In this document: positions 61,681 to 64,000 of the stretch, one piece after another | Layout: every line of letters starts with the position of its first letter | How positions within the stretch are numbered: position 1 is the stretch's first letter | Assembly: GCA_036785375.1 (NCBI GenBank) | Contig: JAWMAR010000268.1 | Coordinates: forward strand, 1,550,001 to 1,614,000 | Origin: Leucoraja ocellata | Lineage: Eukaryota | Reading direction: 5' to 3' | Length of the DNA stretch: 64,000 nucleotides | Program-made: the position numbers and the translations under genes | The notes under the pieces: generated by a model | What the model was told of the DNA's origin: nothing | Databases searched by the model: none | What the model saw: the letters and a program-made list of their open reading frames with translations, nothing else

Positions 61681-62880
61681 ACAACCACTTGGAACAAGTA
61701 CCAGATAAATATCAGCCAGTAATAGCTTAACCACAATCCAAAGTGATGAAAGACATGGTGGGGGACTAAGAATACGCTTAGATGGACATCTAATTTGGGA
61801 AAGTTATTAGAATATGTATATCAGCACTGAGCACAAAGCACTTGCAGAAATTTAGGTAAATTAAAGACATAAGCCAGGGTCGATCAGTAAGGCATTCTAC
61901 ATGACAACAATAAAAACCGAGGAGATAAATTGTGACATGGAGTTGTTCATTAATTTATTCTTGACTAAGTTCCAGAAAGTTCAGAGTCTACCGAGTTAAA
62001 ATAATGCTTGTATTTGAAGGTGGAAGGCAGACTGCAGGGATAGTGGGCATGGAGTCAAAGTGAAAGGTTACGGGAAGAAGGGGTTTGAGGGGGGGGGGGG
62101 GGGGAATAGATCAGCCATCACCAAATAGTGGGGCATGTTCGATGGGATGAATGGCCTTTCTCTGCTCCTATGTTTTATGGAAAGTGACGAGAGGAATTTT
62201 AAAAGGCTCTACTTGGGAATTCCACTAATTAATGATTGGGATAATATATTAGAGAACCAAACATCCAAGTTTGTTAACTACGTTAATGGAATAGTAAGTA
62301 GTGCAAACAGAAATACAAAATCACAAAATGATGTTGACTGATTTAATGAACAGGTAAAACTGTGGCAAGTGCACTTCAACACATTGATTAAAGGAAGGGC
62401 TATCTACACAAAAATCAGACAAGTACTTGTAAGTGGAATGTAAAGGAAAAAAATGGGAATTAGTATCTATTACATCAGCTCATCTACACTTTGCTAAAAT
62501 ATCTATCTTTATGTGCAAGCAGCTAAAATTGCTGCCAACACCATGGATGTCATATGTATTGTGACTAAACCCTAACATATCACTGCAACTAAACCCAAAT
62601 AAAAGGACAAATTTCCTGGTCTGTACATATCGAGGTAAACTAATAACACTACCAACATTGTGGATGTCACAACATGGCCAGTATATTTTTATCATTGATA
62701 AATGTTGTCCTTTCAAGTCTGCTCCACTTCGAAGGGCAATGGTGTGCCTCTCACAAGAACAATGCAACGGCAACACCGCTTGCCAAGCCTGTCAATACAT
62801 GTAATCAGGGCTACTTAATGAAGTAAGATGTTCTTCCTCAAGTACCCAACTGCAGTCACACACTCTAGCTAATACCTGGC

Positions 62881-63092
62881 TTTAGTTTAGTTTAGAGATA
62901 CAGCGTGGAAACAGGCCCTTCGGCCCACCGAGTGTGGGAGGAAATCGAAGATCTCGAAGAAAACCCAAGCAGGTCACAGGGAGAACTTACAAACTCGGTA
63001 CAGACAAATACACGTAGGCAGGATTGAACCTGGGTGTCTGGCAATGTTAGCGTTCTAAGGCATCACCTCTATAGTTGCGCCACTGTGCCACC
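62881..63092 (-). mobile_element. tRNA-derived V-SINE-like element, internally deleted
   Basis: tttagtttagtttagagatacagcgtggaaacaggccc tail; caggattgaacctggg B box; gttgcgccactgtgccaccc head. Confidence 0.85.
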
Positions 63093-64000
63093 CAGTCCTT
63101 ACAAATGCATTGGTCCTTATAAAAGTGATAGCTTATTCCTTCCACGTTTTTTCATCACTTGCCTATTTCCCAGTGCAGAACATTCACTTGTGAATTATCC
63201 CGAGTAAAATTAACTTGAAGCAATGACTGGGAGTAATTACATGTATTCATCCCTGTGATGTGCACTGTGTTGGGAGAAGGCACGAGAATGTGGTTAGGAG
63301 GAAGAGATAGATTGGCCATGATTGAATGGCCGAATGGCCTAATTCTATTCCTATCACTTATGATCTTTTGATGATTCTGACCTAGGGTGCTGTCTTTGTG
63401 CATATATGCACGTTCTCCGTGCGTCTGCATGAGTTTCCTCCTGGTGCTCTGGCTTTCATTAACTACAGTTATGACAAAGCTTCAATGTTGAGAATTCAAT
63501 GTTTTGCAGTTCTCCAGCATGATTGCCGTGTAAAAATAATGCAACTGATGAGTGCCCAACAAATTGCTAAAGAGGACAATACAAAATCAAATTCCAGATT
63601 TTATTTTATATTTTAATTTAATATTTTTTTTAAAAAGGGGAAATGATTTGAGAACATGATAGTTGAAAGCCATTTTGACTGCTGAAACGAAATGGGTCAA
63701 ATGGCCTTTTATTCTGAACACTGCTGAGATTTGCAAGCAGTTGGTGAAATATCAGTCTCCTCAGGCAGGGAATGGGGAGATACGGATAATGTGCAGATCA
63801 GAGTCGAGACTGCTGTGGGCCGATGGGCTGTTCTGTTCGACATTCATTAATCTGTAGCAAGGCAAAAATAGAGCCATGACAGAAAGCTAAAAAAGGGAAG
63901 ACTGTGGTCCTCGTATAATAACTTCAAAGACTTTTATTTTAATAGTCAGAGCTACACTGCACTTGCAGTAAACATGCAAGTGCAGCAAACACAGAGCTCA

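Overview
Eukaryotic genomic DNA, most likely from a cartilaginous fish (skate/ray-like, inferred from the repeat families). It is not prokaryotic, so most ORF-track entries are spurious. Three spliced genes are present. (1) The 5' half of an AKAP8/AKAP95-family gene on the minus strand (5 clear coding exons, 1574-5579; promoter CpG island at about 15.6-16.5 kb). (2) A complete 13-exon paralog on the plus strand (18882-42413; 1959 nt CDS, 652 aa, two AKAP95-type zinc fingers, AKAP8L-like), head-to-head with the first. (3) The 3' end of a WIZ-like zinc-finger gene on the minus strand (51536-53592) with a long SINE-free 3' region, convergent with gene 2. The AKAP8 versus AKAP8L labels are tentative. 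Introns hold a decayed Penelope-like element (RT + GIY-YIG), CR1 and Rex1/Babar LINE fragments, tRNA-derived V-SINE-like elements, Harbinger-type MITEs, a 745-bp fold-back element and Helitron-like ends. The most notable observations are: (a) a family of ~100-230-bp, often palindromic, TSD-flanked elements derived from the Penelope 3' end that carry a minimal hammerhead-ribozyme core (CTGAAGA-A-stem II-GAAAC-NTH); (b) a 33-bp minisatellite from the same sequence between the two promoters; (c) an ungapped, 82%-identical 98-nt intronic block before exon 4 of both paralogs, which would be an in-frame 28-aa extension in one copy and a stop-containing extension in the other. Exon boundaries were checked by hand for phase; repeat boundaries are approximate.
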